Source of the DNA: Amoebophrya sp. A120
Taxonomy: Eukaryota; Protista; Dinoflagellata
Assembly: GCA_905178155.1 (NCBI GenBank)
Contig: CAJINV010000002.1
Span: 8,810,225 to 8,874,224 of the forward strand
Reading direction: 5' to 3'
DNA length: 64,000 nucleotides
Positions within the stretch are counted from its first letter, which is position 1; each line of letters begins with the position of its first letter. Made by a program: the position numbers and the translations under genes. Positions 49,795 through 63,428 of this stretch are shown here, in pieces. Under the pieces are notes generated by a model. That model searched no databases and was not told where the DNA came from. It saw nothing but the letters and a program-made list of their open reading frames with translations.

Positions 49795-52390
49795 TCAGGC
49801 CAATGTCCAAAAGTAGAAACCGACAGAAGACAACGAATTAATTGAACTCAATTCTCGTTTACTTGGATTTGTCTTTCCAATCCGCTCTGTAACGTCATCC
49901 AATTGTGTGTCGCTTGTGGTCGTTATGGAATACAAGTGCGGTGGTGGGGGCACAACTCCTGAAGTTGTCTTGCATAGAAGCGCCTGCCTGTAGAGCTGCC
50001 CCATGACCGCCTCGCGGTCGAGAAGCTTCGCACACGTCTTGGACCCGTGCCCCGCATTCGAGTTGAACATGTGGTAGGCGGTACGTAACAGCGGGTGTGG
50101 ATCTTTCAGGCGCCCTACCTTCGGATTCCAGTAGGCAGCGTTCATGACGGACAGATAATACGTTTCCGGCGGTATCGGCACGAAGTTTTCCGGCACTCTG
50201 TATGCTGCGCAAAACTATTTGATAGATGCACCAATCGAATCATCAAAAACACAGCTCGCTGTTTTACGCTGAACATCTCGGTTGGGAGCACGAAAGTCTA
50301 TATAGCACGAACAAAAATTTCAATCTTTCAATAGAAATGTTGACCCATGCAGTAGATGGAGTTGCAATCATGTTGGACATCGCTGCTATGTGTCCACCGT
50401 GACAGTCGTGGTGCATGCTACAATTTTTACGCAAGGCATAGGTTGTAGCATATGACGACGTTGGCAGTCGTTTTTCCTGATCTTGCTTCTCCGGCACTAA
50501 CATAGAACTCCTTCAGACCGGAGCTTCCGACGGGAAGCGCCAGTAGCTGCTGCTCGTGTGTGCCGGTTTTGTACCCCATCACCGGATTCACCTTCGCGGC
50601 CCCCACGTAGGCGGCCAGCTGGTTTTTCTCCTTGTTGCTAGCTCCAGGAAGCTGGTCTCCTTCGCCACTGGCCGCACCTGTGCTGGACGAGGGTCCTCGT
50701 GGTTGCGCGATCTTGAAGCCCACCTTGTGCGAGATGCCCTCGCCCAGCTGCGTCCAGGGGATGTGGCATTCCACCTTCGGGTTGGCCATGCAGCAAATTT
50801 TCTCCTCCTTCAGCTCCTTCATTTCTTTGCAGTGCGTGGTCAGTGCCTTCTTCTGCCGCCGCCACACCTCGTCCATGTACTCGCTGCCCTTGGAGGACCC
50901 CAGAAAATTACTGCTGTACCAGCCGCGCAGGCAGTTCTGCCCGTCGCCCTCGTAGCTCAGCATCTCCACCGGGGTCAAGGACGAACCAAGAACCCCGGAA
51001 GGATCATTTGCGGACGAGGTGGAAGTAGCAGCTGCAGAAGGTCCTCCTGTTAGCATCACAAACTCCTGGTAGGCGTCCTGCACGGACTTGTCAAAGGCAG
51101 GGTCCGCGCCGCCGGTGAGCAGCAGACTGAACAGTATCTTCGGATGCACGTCGCGCTGCATCAGGATGTCCGTATCGAGGTAGATCCCACCGTTGTGGTG
51201 CAACACCGCGTACCGCACCGCGTCGGACTTCGCGGCGCTGTACGGCAGCCGAAAGTACTCGTCCGGAACGTCCTTGATCCATTTCCGCACATTCTGGTTG
51301 TTCAGCAACACGATCTTCGGCTCGATAAAGTGCACCACTTTCCTTTCCGACGGCGCTGGGTGATCTTTAGTATCGCCGGCCGCCGGTCCGCCGGGGGCGA
51401 TTACCCGCAGGTGCTGCCGCCAAGACTCCAGGTTCAGCCGCATGTAGGGTTTCAGCGATACGTGCCCCGGAGACACCAGCTCGTACTCCCCGAGGGCGAA
51501 CAAGTGGAGCGTAAACCTCGCGGAATTCGGGGGTACTCCCGTGGACGCTCCGGTGGACGGAAACGTAGACGTCGCGCCTCCAGAAGATACGACCGTGCCT
51601 CCTGCTGCTGCACCGGGCTAGATTGTGCGGAAAAACTGTATGCATTATGTATCGGTCTCAAGAACTCATGTGAGTGCAGTTGCAGTTGTAACGGTTCCGC
51701 TTCCGACGTCCACCGTGTTGCAATCAATCACAAATTCGCAATGTTGGAAAACGCTTTTCGTTTTCTCTGTGACTTTAGCGCATGACGCTAATGCATTCAA
51801 GGTGGCGCCGCCAGAACCTCCTGAAGTTCTCTTTTTTCTTTATCGTGCTGATGCTGAGCGCAAAATTTGTGCAGTACACACATGTGCAGCTGCTGGAAGA
51901 ACTAAAAAAATAAATGCAGTGAGTTCATCCGCAGTGCTTAAAGCTTACAGTTTTTTCGCTCGTCGATACCAGTTGCAGAAGCAGGGTTCGTTTGCTCCCG
52001 AGCTTTCGCATCGGACGTTGATGGAGCAGATGGGACGGTGGTAGAACTAGAGGTTGGCGTAGCACTCGAACTGGAACTGGAGGGTGAAGGACTCCTGCCA
52101 AAGATCCAAGACAACAAGTCAAAGTATTCTCCCTGGTTGTTCCTGCTGCTATTTTTTCTGCTTGCGGAACTGGTTACTGGCGAAGCTGCTTCTGCCACAG
52201 GCGTCCTCGAGAACTTGTTTCCGACGGAATACATTCTTATCGGCGGAGCGTGCAGTCGTTTCAACGCGAAGTAAAAGCAAACAAAGACGAACCCGAACGT
52301 AAGAAACAAACGGCGAGCGAAGGGACCGGAGCAGCTACTGCACGGAGACCCCCGGTCCCTACCCGAAGAGACGGAGGAATAGCTCGGCAT
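49795..52390 (-). CDS. GT32-type (DXD) glycosyltransferase, type II membrane protein, multi-exon
   Basis: N-terminal TM segment RRLFLTFGFVFVCFYFAL, core AAKSDAVRYAVLHHNGGIYLDTD and C-terminal AYHMFNS. Exact splice sites are unresolved. Confidence 0.8.
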
Positions 52391-53972
52391 CGTTTCGTGC
52401 AAATATTTCTTGATAAATGAAAACGAAGCGGAAAGTTAAAACTTGGTCAACTCGACGAAAGCGAATAACTGACAACAAGGTAGGCGAAAGATGAATCGAA
52501 AAATTTTGTTTCTCTGAAAAAAGCACTGCATTCATATTCTACCTTCGTAAACGTCATATGTGTGGAGTCTGATACTTATTTTCGAAGATCTTCGCACCAA
52601 ACAATCGCGGTACAGAAAAAAGCGACCGCTGTGCTAGAAACCACAAATTCTCTCACATTTTTGTTTTTCGCTCTCTGCTCGTCAACGTGAAAAAATGCAC
52701 TTTACATCTATAAAGAGCTTCCCTCCCCCGGTATGGACATGTTGCGACAGGTGAAGCCAAGCTAAACAGCAAAAGTGCTATATCTTAAAAATGGCTTGGT
52801 TCTGCAAGAACGAAAATCATCTTTCTCCAAAAGTTAACATCCCAATGAGAGAGCTGCCACAAAGACAGGTTCCCTCCGGACGAGCAGCTTTCTTCAGTCT
52901 CAATAATATTTTCGCCACTTAGCCTTACTTTCATCATGAGGTAAACCAATTTCATCGTGCAGATTTCAAGATTTTTCTTCGTTGGAACGTCAACATATTG
53001 ATACAAAAATGCAAAATAATTTCGAAACAAATATATTTATATTCAAGTTATCTGCGAAACTGAAACTCGTATCAGTCTGATCATATATCCTTACTCTTAA
53101 ATGCTGCGATAATCCAGTGCTCTAAGTTCAAAGGTGGATATGGATCCTTCACACCTGCGCGCCATATTAGTAACCGTTGCAACTAATTTCAGTAAATTCC
53201 TAGTAGGCTGGTCATCGATGCTTCAGATTCTGCTTCGGCCGAGCTCGTTACGCACCTTCTCTGACAAACACAAACCGGACTGATTGGTATTTGCAAGATA
53301 GTTTCAGGAGAGACCATAGCTGATGCTTTTCGTTTTCTATTATTTAACAAGATTTGAATTCATTTTCTTTTTTCAATTTCAATAAACTGCACGTATAATT
53401 TTCAAATGTTTCACTTATCCACCACACCCTGGAGGAGACCCCCATGCGCCCCCCGTTTTGTCGCGATCTACTGCGCCGGCCCCGGCTGCCCATGGCCCTA
53501 TCCAAGAAAAGAACTATGTTTAGTGGTAGTGCTGTAGGAGCTTCTTTAAACCAACGGCATGACAGAATCAGAAATAAGAAAGCTGAAGTTGTCCTGGAGA
53601 GCTGCAGCACAAGATGAACGCGAAACTACTCATGACATGAATGTCCGGCATGACAAGTGCAAATGTCTTGCTTCGACTGCATCACAGGAGAGCTACACCA
53701 TCAAGACGACAGTTCTTTTTCTTTTATTTTCCGTGGATAAACTCCCTGTCATGTTCGTCCACTTTTCGCCCAGCGATATCCTGTGTAAAAGCGCCGCACC
53801 TAGCCCAGATTTCTCATTCTCTTAATACTCTTTCTCATGCAAAGCTGCATACAACCCAGGATGTGTCTTATGCGCGGTCAGCCCCATCAGCAGCATATTC
53901 AATTACTAGTCGCAAAAAATATCTCGTGCTTTGCTCAGGATGAGCACGTGGATTCTTGATTCAAGCCAAAGA

Positions 53973-56900
53973 TCATGCGTGACTTGTCTGACTGATTTTC
54001 CCTTTGCGACTGGTGGGTACGACGTTTTTAGTACTCGGGATAGACCAGCTCCTGTAGCTTGCCGCTTTCTCTCTCGCTTGGTCCCTCTTCTCCTGCATCC
54101 AGTCCCTCGCCGCGCGCATCCTTCGCCCGGACGCTTGGTACATGCGATACACAGGCTGCACGACTCCTGACTCCACCCTGCTCACACCCGCATACACATT
54201 TGTGATGCCCATCCAGTCGATCGCACGGCGCAACCACTTGGGAGCAGCAACAAGCGGAACTTCCAGGAAGTGCCGTCGAAACAGGCCCGCGTCCTCCTCC
54301 GGCAACCGTTCTTCCGACCGCTTTGCCAATTTCGCCAACTCCCCCGTCATTGCGATGTTTTCCCACGCGGCCCCGATCACGACCTGCAAATACGACATCG
54401 TCAACTGCATATAGCGATCAAGAGCCTCGCTCTCGCTAGTGGTATTAGCCACGGCGTGCAGTGTAAAACTCAGCGTTTGGTATCCGTTCAGCCACCGCTT
54501 CACGAAAGCAGTGTAGAACTTGAGGAACATGGGAATCGGCTCGAACATGTTGTAGCTCATCAAAAATTCGTCGAAGGCCGCTATCTGCACATTCGTCAGC
54601 AAAACCGTCGGATCGAGAGATCCGGTGGGCTGGTGGGGCTCCGAGTCCACTGCGGCGTCCCCTTCGTCGTCATCTTTTTTGAGAAGAAACGACGAGTACG
54701 GTGCGAGGCCCCGCATGGCTCGATGTGAAGAGAGGCCCCCGCGAGGAAACATTTGCTGTTGATCCCGCTGTAGTTCTGCTGGCGCGCAAGCGGACCCGCG
54801 GCAAAAGTCTTCCTGGTCCACTTCCTGCAGAAACGACGGCGCAGCGTGGTTCGAGGACGAAGCACCTGCCGCTTGTGCTTTTGCCGCCGCCCCTCTCTTT
54901 TCCTTCGACCGTGCGGCACGCAGAAAACTGTCCAAAGCAGCATCGCCCGCTGCGAAAATGGACTTCACCACGCGCCTCTTTGCGTCCTCGTAGTTGGCCG
55001 GCGCGATTCCCTCCGGAGGCGAGGGCTTGAAGTTCGTGCCCAGAATGGGCGCCACGGTGCTTTCCCAAAACTGCCATCGCGCGTCGTCGTCCGGCAGGCC
55101 ACTCGTGGTGTTGCGGATCAGCGCACCCTCCAGAAAACACATCATGTAGAGAAACAACCGGTCGCACAGTGCGTAGTGCTGCGGTAACTTCTGCACAATC
55201 CCGAAATCAATGAAGGAAAAGACGCCACTGTACCGCTCGCTGGCAGGGCTCTCCAGCTGGGACTGCGTCGCGAACAAAATGTTCCCCAAATGCGGGTCCC
55301 CGTGGAGAAACCCCTCCGCGCCGTGCGCGGGGCACGCCTCCCGTTGCCACACCATGTAAGCTTGAATGTACGATTGCATAGCCATCTCCCAGTCGGTCAC
55401 GCGTTTGCCCTCCTTTCCCTCCGCGATCTGCTCGTTCCGCAGGTTCGTGTACGTGTCGCCCGGCGCGCGGTCAAGCACCAAGACGGCGGTGGAATTTGCC
55501 AGCACCGCGGGCACAGTGATCTTCAGCGGCTTCGTGTGCCCCTCCAGCGGCATCTCCTTGTCGTACCGCCGAAACCCCTCCTGAAACGCCTCAGTTTCCT
55601 CCCCCATGTCAAACTCGCCCCGGGACGCGTCCACCAGGTTTCCCAGCAGGTACTCCTTTCATGGACTGAAAAAAGTTTGCCACAGCGGTTGCTTTTTTTA
55701 TGCAGCGCATCAATGTATTTTCTGGCACCACAACTTTCTCTTCTTGTGCTGCAGATGACACATCACAAAGGAAAACCTCACGCACACACAGGGCCTCAAT
55801 TGTGGGAATATGCATTTATTTTTCCGCATCACCTCCTTTGGATACGATACTTTTTCTTTTTGTTTTTGTAAATCGCAAAAATGAACGATCGCAACGAACT
55901 TTTTTCGCTCAAATACTTTTTCACCAGGTTCTAGTCCAATAGCAGCAGTTTTCACGTACTCCTCCTCGGCGTCGAACTTCGCTTGCACGCCCGCACGCAC
56001 GATCTTCCCGAACGCCTGCTTCGGCGCGGGGAACGTTTGCAAATCGCCCGTCCCGCAGTTGTCCGCGTTTATCAAGGACAACGACACTCCCACGGCGATG
56101 CTGGCCCGGTTTTTCGGGTCCAAGTCGATTTCGTACAGGGGGTTGCAGGTCGGCAGGACCTTTGCGCCGAAGCCGAGTCGGGGCGGGTAGGACAGTCGCA
56201 GCGTCGCATTCTGGGTCGTCGCATTGTAGCGGAACTGCACATCCTTCAAGGCGTTCAAGCTTTCCAGCTGCAGTACCATCGCGGCCACGGGGGGCGTACG
56301 CAGCTGGGATTTAAACTTCGCCAGCTCCTGCCGGATCAAAGCGAAGTTTGGGCCCGCACGGTAATCGTCCGTGCCTTCGCCGAAGTTCTGGATCATTTTG
56401 TGCAGCACCGGCCCCGCGTCCTCGAACATTTTGACGTGGGCGCGACAGTCATACTCGACTTTGGTCCGGTAGTCATCCACATCGGTCTCCATGAGCTCCT
56501 TGTGCAGCGCGATCATCGGAATCTTCACGGCCTTTCCGATTTTCTCGAAATACGAGGCAAAAAACTGAATCGTCGCAACGCGCTCCGCCAGCGGTGCCAG
56601 CTCGCGGTAGTCCCTGCCTCCCGCAAAAGTTGGAATCAGGTGAAACCCCTCGGCGTAAAGGCAGGTTTTCTCCTCCCGGTTCTGCATGTCCACCGCGATC
56701 GCGTTTTCCTTCTGGACGTACGGTGGCCGCATCCACGCGGAAAATTCCGTCGCGCACTTGGGGTGCGTCCTGCCCAGCAGGTTTTCCAGGGTGATCTCGT
56801 CCAAGTCCCGTTGCTGCTGTTCCGACAGAACCGCACTCTTGCAGTCCTCCAGCGTGCCGCACAATGCGCGAATTTGCGCTGCGTCAGCGCGCAAAAACCA

Positions 56901-57293
56901 GTTGCCCACCAGAACATCTGCAATCTCTTCCACAACCTCCGCCGCGGCTACCACGCCCTCCTGTACCGCTTCCGCACCCTCCGCCACGGTTTCCGCGACG
57001 TCGTCAACGAGAGGTTCAACATCATCGCTGTTCTCAGTAGCAGGTTCCGCTTTCTGCCGCTTTTGCACGAAGGCCCGCGGGGATGGGAAATTTTGCTGCG
57101 AACTAGTGCTGGCATCCTCTTCGTCCGTGCTAACACGGACCGTCGTTGGTTGTTCCGGGGACTGACCGTTTGCGGCGGTTGCGAGGCACAGAGAGTGGCT
57201 TCCCGCCCCGATTGCCACGAAAGCAGCAGCGACAAGCTGGCCTCGTCGGTTGAGTAGAGTGAGACCGCCTTTTTGACTCATTTGCGTCATCAT
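53973..57293 (-). CDS. ABC1/UbiB-family atypical kinase, copy 1, with a signal-peptide-like N-terminus
   Basis: GPVLHKMIQ, ASIAV, KIVRAGV, EFD, FLHGDPHLGNIL and FIDFG. Single GT-AG intron at 55656-55916. Confidence 0.85.
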
Positions 57294-58395
57294 GATTGTG
57301 ATCTTCGTTTATTTCCAGTGCACAGTATCTCAGATGAGAGCCGAAAGATCAAAATCCAAGACCGTGCTATCTACGATACACCATGCCATGCACGAGAGAC
57401 CCGCATCCAAAAAACCTTAACCTTGCTTGTAATTGAAAGACAGGCTATATTATCTACGGGAGTTCTAGCACGACTTCAAATCTATCATGCTACACGATGA
57501 ATTTTTCATGAATAGACAGGGACAGCAAGATCCCGGGTACCTACGAAAAAGCTTCACTTGTTCTATGGCAACAACGACTACCATGCTGGGCGGCGACCGC
57601 GACCCTTTGGTGTCAAAGCTACTTAAATGCCGACACAAACCCGAACGACGAAGCCAATAGCAATACGAGTACGACAGCATTATCGTTGCTTCTACTAGAT
57701 TGATCTACTAGATCTTGATTTTTATACATCTCATGCATCCTCGAGGCTGGTGGAACCCAATGCGGCGCCGTTTAATTTCCACGATCACGAGTACAAGATA
57801 ATTACGAATTCATTGATAATGCGATTGCTTTCGCGACGCCTACGGAACATTCGTCGTCCACGGCAATCACAATCAGCCTCCGGGGACCGGGGGTGCTGCT
57901 TATGCACTTGACTTTTTTTTTCTTGTGCCATAATTTAACCTTTGATTACTGTACAGTCCATTTTTGCCCTTTGTTCATATACAAGTACACAAGCGAAGTT
58001 GTAGTCCTGCCGTACTCGTCAACCAAGACATCTAGTCTACACCATCATACAGGTATTATTTCAAAGGTATTATCTATCAAACCGCGATATTCATAACTCA
58101 AACTGCTCTCCTTCAAATTCGATATGAATTTGTGACACGGTGTGAGTACTTCCGACTGATCGTGATGTGCACCTTTGTTGGTACGAGAGTGATGATTTAT
58201 TTCTGCTGATGCTGCAAAAATTTTGAACGTAAGTGAAAGTCAAACTCAAAGTTAGATGGAAACATAATAATTGAGAAACAAGGTAGTGGTACAACTCTCT
58301 GCATCATCTCTTTAAATTGTTCAGGTGATGGCGATGGGCGTAGTTTTTAGTTTACCCCCGACACTTTCCCTCCGTCCTTCTTCTTTTCTTGTGTT

Positions 58396-61300
58396 TTACT
58401 TTTCCTCGGAAGTAGCCGCACCACCACCACTTCCACGCATCGCCCCCCACGCCTTCCGGATCTCGTCGACCCCAGACTGATACTTTTCCATTAGCCATGC
58501 CTTGGCGGACGCAAGCCTGTTGCCGACGGACGCTGCCTTGTCGCCCAGGGTGAAAATTATCGCACGAAAAAGGTTTTTCACTGAGGTCGTTCACTTTCTA
58601 ACATCTGCAACATTACAAAAACTTTACAGTGAAACAGTTTTTTCTTGCGATAAAAATGTTCTCGACGCCAACAAATTTGACTGCCTTGCGGATCATTCCC
58701 ATCCTCCATGAATCCGGATCGAGGTGGTCGAATTTCTTCAGTACCATGGGTTCGAGGAACTGCTCCCGGAACACGGCCACGTCTTTGTCCGGCAGGACCT
58801 ATTCTCGGCAAAAGTATCGCACTCTTCGTACTAATTGCTGTACAGCATGACAGGTCTGGTTTCACCATATCTTCAGTCGGGTCCCCACCTAGAAGTTCAG
58901 CATTACAAGTTGAACCTTCCTCCTTCTGAAGAAATTCGTAAATGCAGTTTCTCGTACCACCACTACGACCTAGTGCGATACTATTGCAATGCATAGGACC
59001 TCCTTCATTCGATGCGCTATGCGCGCAAACTCCCCGGGCGGCGACATGGTTTCTTCGGCGGACGACGTCTTATCCAAGAAAAAAGTGTGTAAAAAGTGCA
59101 AGAAAGACTAATGAAAGTAAGTAAGTCTGTGCTGTAGAAAATGCAAGACATCAGTCGAGCTTGTTGTGGTATCGCCTTTCCGTCAGACTCTCTTTTCATA
59201 TCTACTTGCACTAGTGCCGTGGGTGTCGTCCGGTCGTGACCGTCCGATAGATGCCCATGGCCCATGGCAAACCTTCTGTGTCATCCGTGAAGACGCTGCT
59301 GATCGAACAGAGTACACTATTAACACAGCTTTCCTCCTGGATACGTGAGTACCTCGATGTACAAGTCCAGGATTAGCTCCGCCCCTGGCCTAGGAAAAGC
59401 CTTCCTGAAGACCTCACTTTCTTTCCCGAACGCGTACAGCATTGAGTGCTGCAAGTTCAGGTAGCCGGTAATCCACCGCTTCGTGAAGGCGGTGGACCAC
59501 TTCAGGAACTCGGCGAACTGCTCGAACTGGTCGTAATTTTTCATCACAATTCCGAAGGCCGCAAGCTGCACTTCCGCGACCAGGTTCGGAAGAGTGGTGG
59601 TGGTGGTCGTCGTCGAGGTCGTGACTCCTGCATGCAGAAACGAGGAACCGGAACTGATCTTCGACATCCCCTGGTCCTCTCCAAAGAGAAAGAAGTCTTC
59701 GAACTGCAGCAGCGGAAACAAAGGACTAACACCAGGCGCTGCCTGCTTTTCTTCGTTGCGGTCCGCCGCAGCAGTGCGCGACACTTCACGTTCCGAGGTA
59801 GCGAGGAAGGATGAACTGCTGCTCCTGCTCTTCTCGTCGTCGTACGTAGCGAAAGTACTAGAGGACATCATGGACAAAGAAGTCGGCGCCGCACCAGTAT
59901 TTTTTGCTCCACTACTCGCCTGGAGCTGCTGCTCGCGCTCCAGCTGCAGAGTTTGATGTTCATACTGAACAAAAGAAACTTGACCCATAGTCGCGTTGGT
60001 GTCTTCCGTATCATGGAAAAACTGCTGGGACAAAAACGAGCTTGCTGCACCTCCTGGCTGGTGAAAGTCGAGCCACTTCCGGAGCCCCTTGTCTGCCTCC
60101 GCGAACACACTTGCCACCACTGCCTTCTTTCGTTCCTGCCAGACTGCCGGGTCGTTCTCGGTTGGGTTCGGCGACACGGCCAGGAACTTCGTACCCAGGT
60201 TGGGCTCGACTTTCTCCCGCCACAGGTTCCAGCGCGCCTCCTCGTCCGGCGACCCGTCGGGTTTTCGCAGCAGCGTGCCCTCCAGAAACGCGATAGAAAG
60301 CCGCATGATGCGCGCACAGAGGTAGAAACGCGGTGGCAAATCCGCCGAGATACCGAAGTCGATGAAGGAAAACTCGCCCGTGTACCTCGCGTCGTCCCCA
60401 CCGTCGAGGTCCTTTCCGTCGGCCCACAGAATGTTTCCAAGGTGCGGGTCGCCGTGCAGGAAGCCCGACCTCTCGTTGCCAGTTGGGCAGGCCTGCCGCT
60501 GCCACAGTTTGAACGCCGCCAGGTACGCCGCCATGGCGTCCGGCCAGTCGGTTACGGTGTCCACGGTCTTGGCTGGCGGGGTAGTGGACTGCGTGCGGTC
60601 TTCGGTGGTGGCCGCGAGCTGACGGTTGCGAAGGTTGAAATAGGTGTCGCCGCGCGCCCGGCCCAGCACCAGCACCGCGGAGGAGTTGAGAAGCACTTCG
60701 GGCACGGTGATGTGCAGCGGTTTATCCCGGTGGAGTTTGTCGCTCTTGTGAAAGGCGTGCGACTTGTATATGGCCTCCTCAGTTGCTTTTTACATCATTC
60801 TGTCAGCTGTAGTTACATACCCGCCAACGTTTTTTATTGTGGCACACCAGCTAGAGCTGCAGCAAAGGGAGACACTGACACGCACACGCTGTGCCGTTCG
60901 CATGACAAGTTTTGGAAAAATCTTGATGCTATGTATTTGAGGCATCCATCTCTATCTCAGATTTTTTGTGATGCGAAGCTATATGAGAACGGGAAAACAC
61001 GACGTCGCGCAGATTTTAAATGACAAATGGATTGGCCAGCATGTAGCAGTTGAGACGTCGAGTGTAATATCTTCACCTGAGGAGGCCATATTGTAGCGGT
61101 GCCGGCCCATCTCGTAGGCCTCCTTTTCGCCGGAGAAATCGAACTCGTCGCGCGAAGAGTACACCATGTTGTCCAGCAAATACTTTTTCCCGGCGGTAGT
61201 GAGACCAAAAATGTTCGCACTCTCGACGTAGGCAGCCTCCGCCTCGAATTTCCCCTCCACGCCGGACCGCAGGACCTTTGCGAAGGCGTTCTCCGGGGCC

Positions 61301-62784
61301 GGAAAAATTTGCGTGTCGCCGCCGCACGTACTTTTGTCCACCAACCTCATGGGGTGCCCCACGGCGATGGAGGCGCGGTTCTGCGGTTCCGCGAGCTGGA
61401 TCTCGTAGGTGGGGAAGCAAATCGGCTCACTCGGGTTGCCCGCGTCTTCCGGCGGGTAGGGCAGTGTCACGGTGGCCCGGGCGGTCGTCTCGTTGTAGTC
61501 GAACCGGGCGGCGGGGGCCTCGCTCATGGTGCGGAACTGCGCCACCAGGCTCGCCTGCGACGGGACGCGCAGCTTGCTCTTGAATTTCTGCAGCTCTTGG
61601 CGGATGGGCAGAAAGTCTGGTGCATCGGGGGCGTCAGACATGGGCTCGCCGTAGTTCTGGACCATCTTGTGCAAAACCGGCCCGGCATCTTCGAAAATCA
61701 GTACGTGGTTACGGCAGTCGGCGTCCACCAGTTTCGCAAAGCTTTCATCCAGCATCCGCTCCTTGTGCCACGCGATCATCGGCAGCTTCACGGCGGGCTC
61801 GATCTTGTCAAAGTACTGCGCGAAGAACCGCATGGTCGCGGTGCGCTCCGTCGGCGTGGCGCCCTTCCAAAAAGCAGTTCTTCCTGTTTGCGGGGCCAAG
61901 TGGAAGCCTTCCACGTAGAGGCACTGGTCCTTCTGCTCCCGATTCTCCGCCATCGCGGCTACATCGTTTTCGTTCTCGTTGGCATTGGGCGGCACCAAAT
62001 AATCCGCGAACTCGGCAGCACACTTCGGGTGCGTTTTTTCCAGAAGTGTCTTCACTGTCACCTCCTTCAAATTTTTTGCCTTCCCGTCATCCAGCGTCAA
62101 TGACTTGCAGTCCTCGAGCGGGCAAAGGGCGCGAATGTCCTCCGGGCTAGCATCCAGAAACCTTGTTTTAAAGTCAGTATTAGTAGTGCCTCTTGTTTTT
62201 TTCGCAGCTATGCACCACGATGCGTCCTTAGTTTTATTCGCGGCCGCACAGCTGCAAATCTTCTGCTAGCCCACGAACTATATCGAGAAGTCTGTTTCAA
62301 AGTGACACAAGTAAGAGGAACAGCGGTTTGCCGCTACAAAAAATGAATGCCGCGTGCCTAATTGCGTCTTCATGCAAGAAAGACGCACGCCAGTAGAAAC
62401 GTACAGAAAACAGATAAAGTGAAAGTGAGTCTCTGGCTTTCTTCTATACCAGTTTTGTTCGTTGAGTACAGCTCCTTGTGCGTCAGCTGGTGCGGTTCCT
62501 TCCTCGTCTGCAACATCTCCCGCTTCACCCTCCGCACGGTAGCGCCGCTTCTGCACGAAGGATCGCGGGACGCCGGGAAGGTCTTCGCTGTCGCCCGAGG
62601 AAGTTGACGTCGACCACGACATGGCTCCCTGGTCGTCCAGAAGCACGGACATTTTCGCAGAAGTGCCTGTGAACCTGCTCGTCAACAACATGCTGGCGAG
62701 CGCGGAGAGGAACATCGGGAATTGTGCTCCCCGTGACCACGTGGCGCACGTAACGAAAGTGCGACCGGGTGTCATGAATGTCAT
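58396..62784 (-). CDS. ABC1/UbiB-family atypical kinase, copy 2 (tandem paralog), multi-exon
   Basis: Same motifs as copy 1. Introns at 62162-62449 (GT-AG), 60764-61090 (non-canonical) and further ones in 58600-59350. The last exon aligns with the copy 1 C-terminus. Confidence 0.85.
60769..61090. mobile_element. TIR introner in ABC1 copy 2
   Basis: Perfect 14-bp TIR TATGGCCTCCTCAG with TTGTA duplicated (60764-60768, 61091-61095). Removal gives RYKSH...KPLHITVP, collinear with copy 1. Confidence 0.93.
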
Positions 62785-63428
62785 TTTTCTCTAACAAGCC
62801 TGGTTACTTTTACCAGATGAAAGACGCGCTGGTACTTTTTTCCAAGAAAAACTACAAGAACTGAAAGTAGTAGAGCTGAATCTGATTGCCTTTTCGATCC
62901 ACGTGACACCCGGAAACGAGCAAAGATCTCTTCATTCTTCTTCCTTTAACATTGGGATTGGCCGCGAAAGCGCAGTTATGAAACGATTCGATAGCAACAG
63001 GCTCGCTACTTCAGAAGTGCTTGACGATGAAATAGCGACGACCGCACTGCAAGTGCCGACGATGACGTGAACGAGAGCCCCCGATTACTTCGACAGATGA
63101 TGTGATGTGGTTTTCGGACGACCCTACGCAATTTGCGTTTTCGAAACGATAAACGAGACCGAGTCAGCGTCATAGGTTGACAACGTCCGACGGTTGGAGC
63201 TTGTACAATTGGGAACAAAATCACACGCGGCCACGGCTACAACTAGACGTCTTGCTTACAAGGAGCGAAGTTGTAGTACACAAAACCACACCGCTCCTCC
63301 ACTGAAAGATCGATCCTCAAACAGCAAAAGTGACTCCTCCAGCTGTTCCACGAATGCTGACTGGGGAACGGCGACGGGGTTATTGCCGATTTTCTGCCGG
63401 ACAGCCTGAGCCGCGCTGCAAAACGGCG

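Noticed and set aside
55983-62103. Long plus-strand ORFs (55983-57257, 59953-61023, 61099-62103)
   Set aside because: They are antisense shadows of GC3-rich ABC1 exons and have no motifs of their own.
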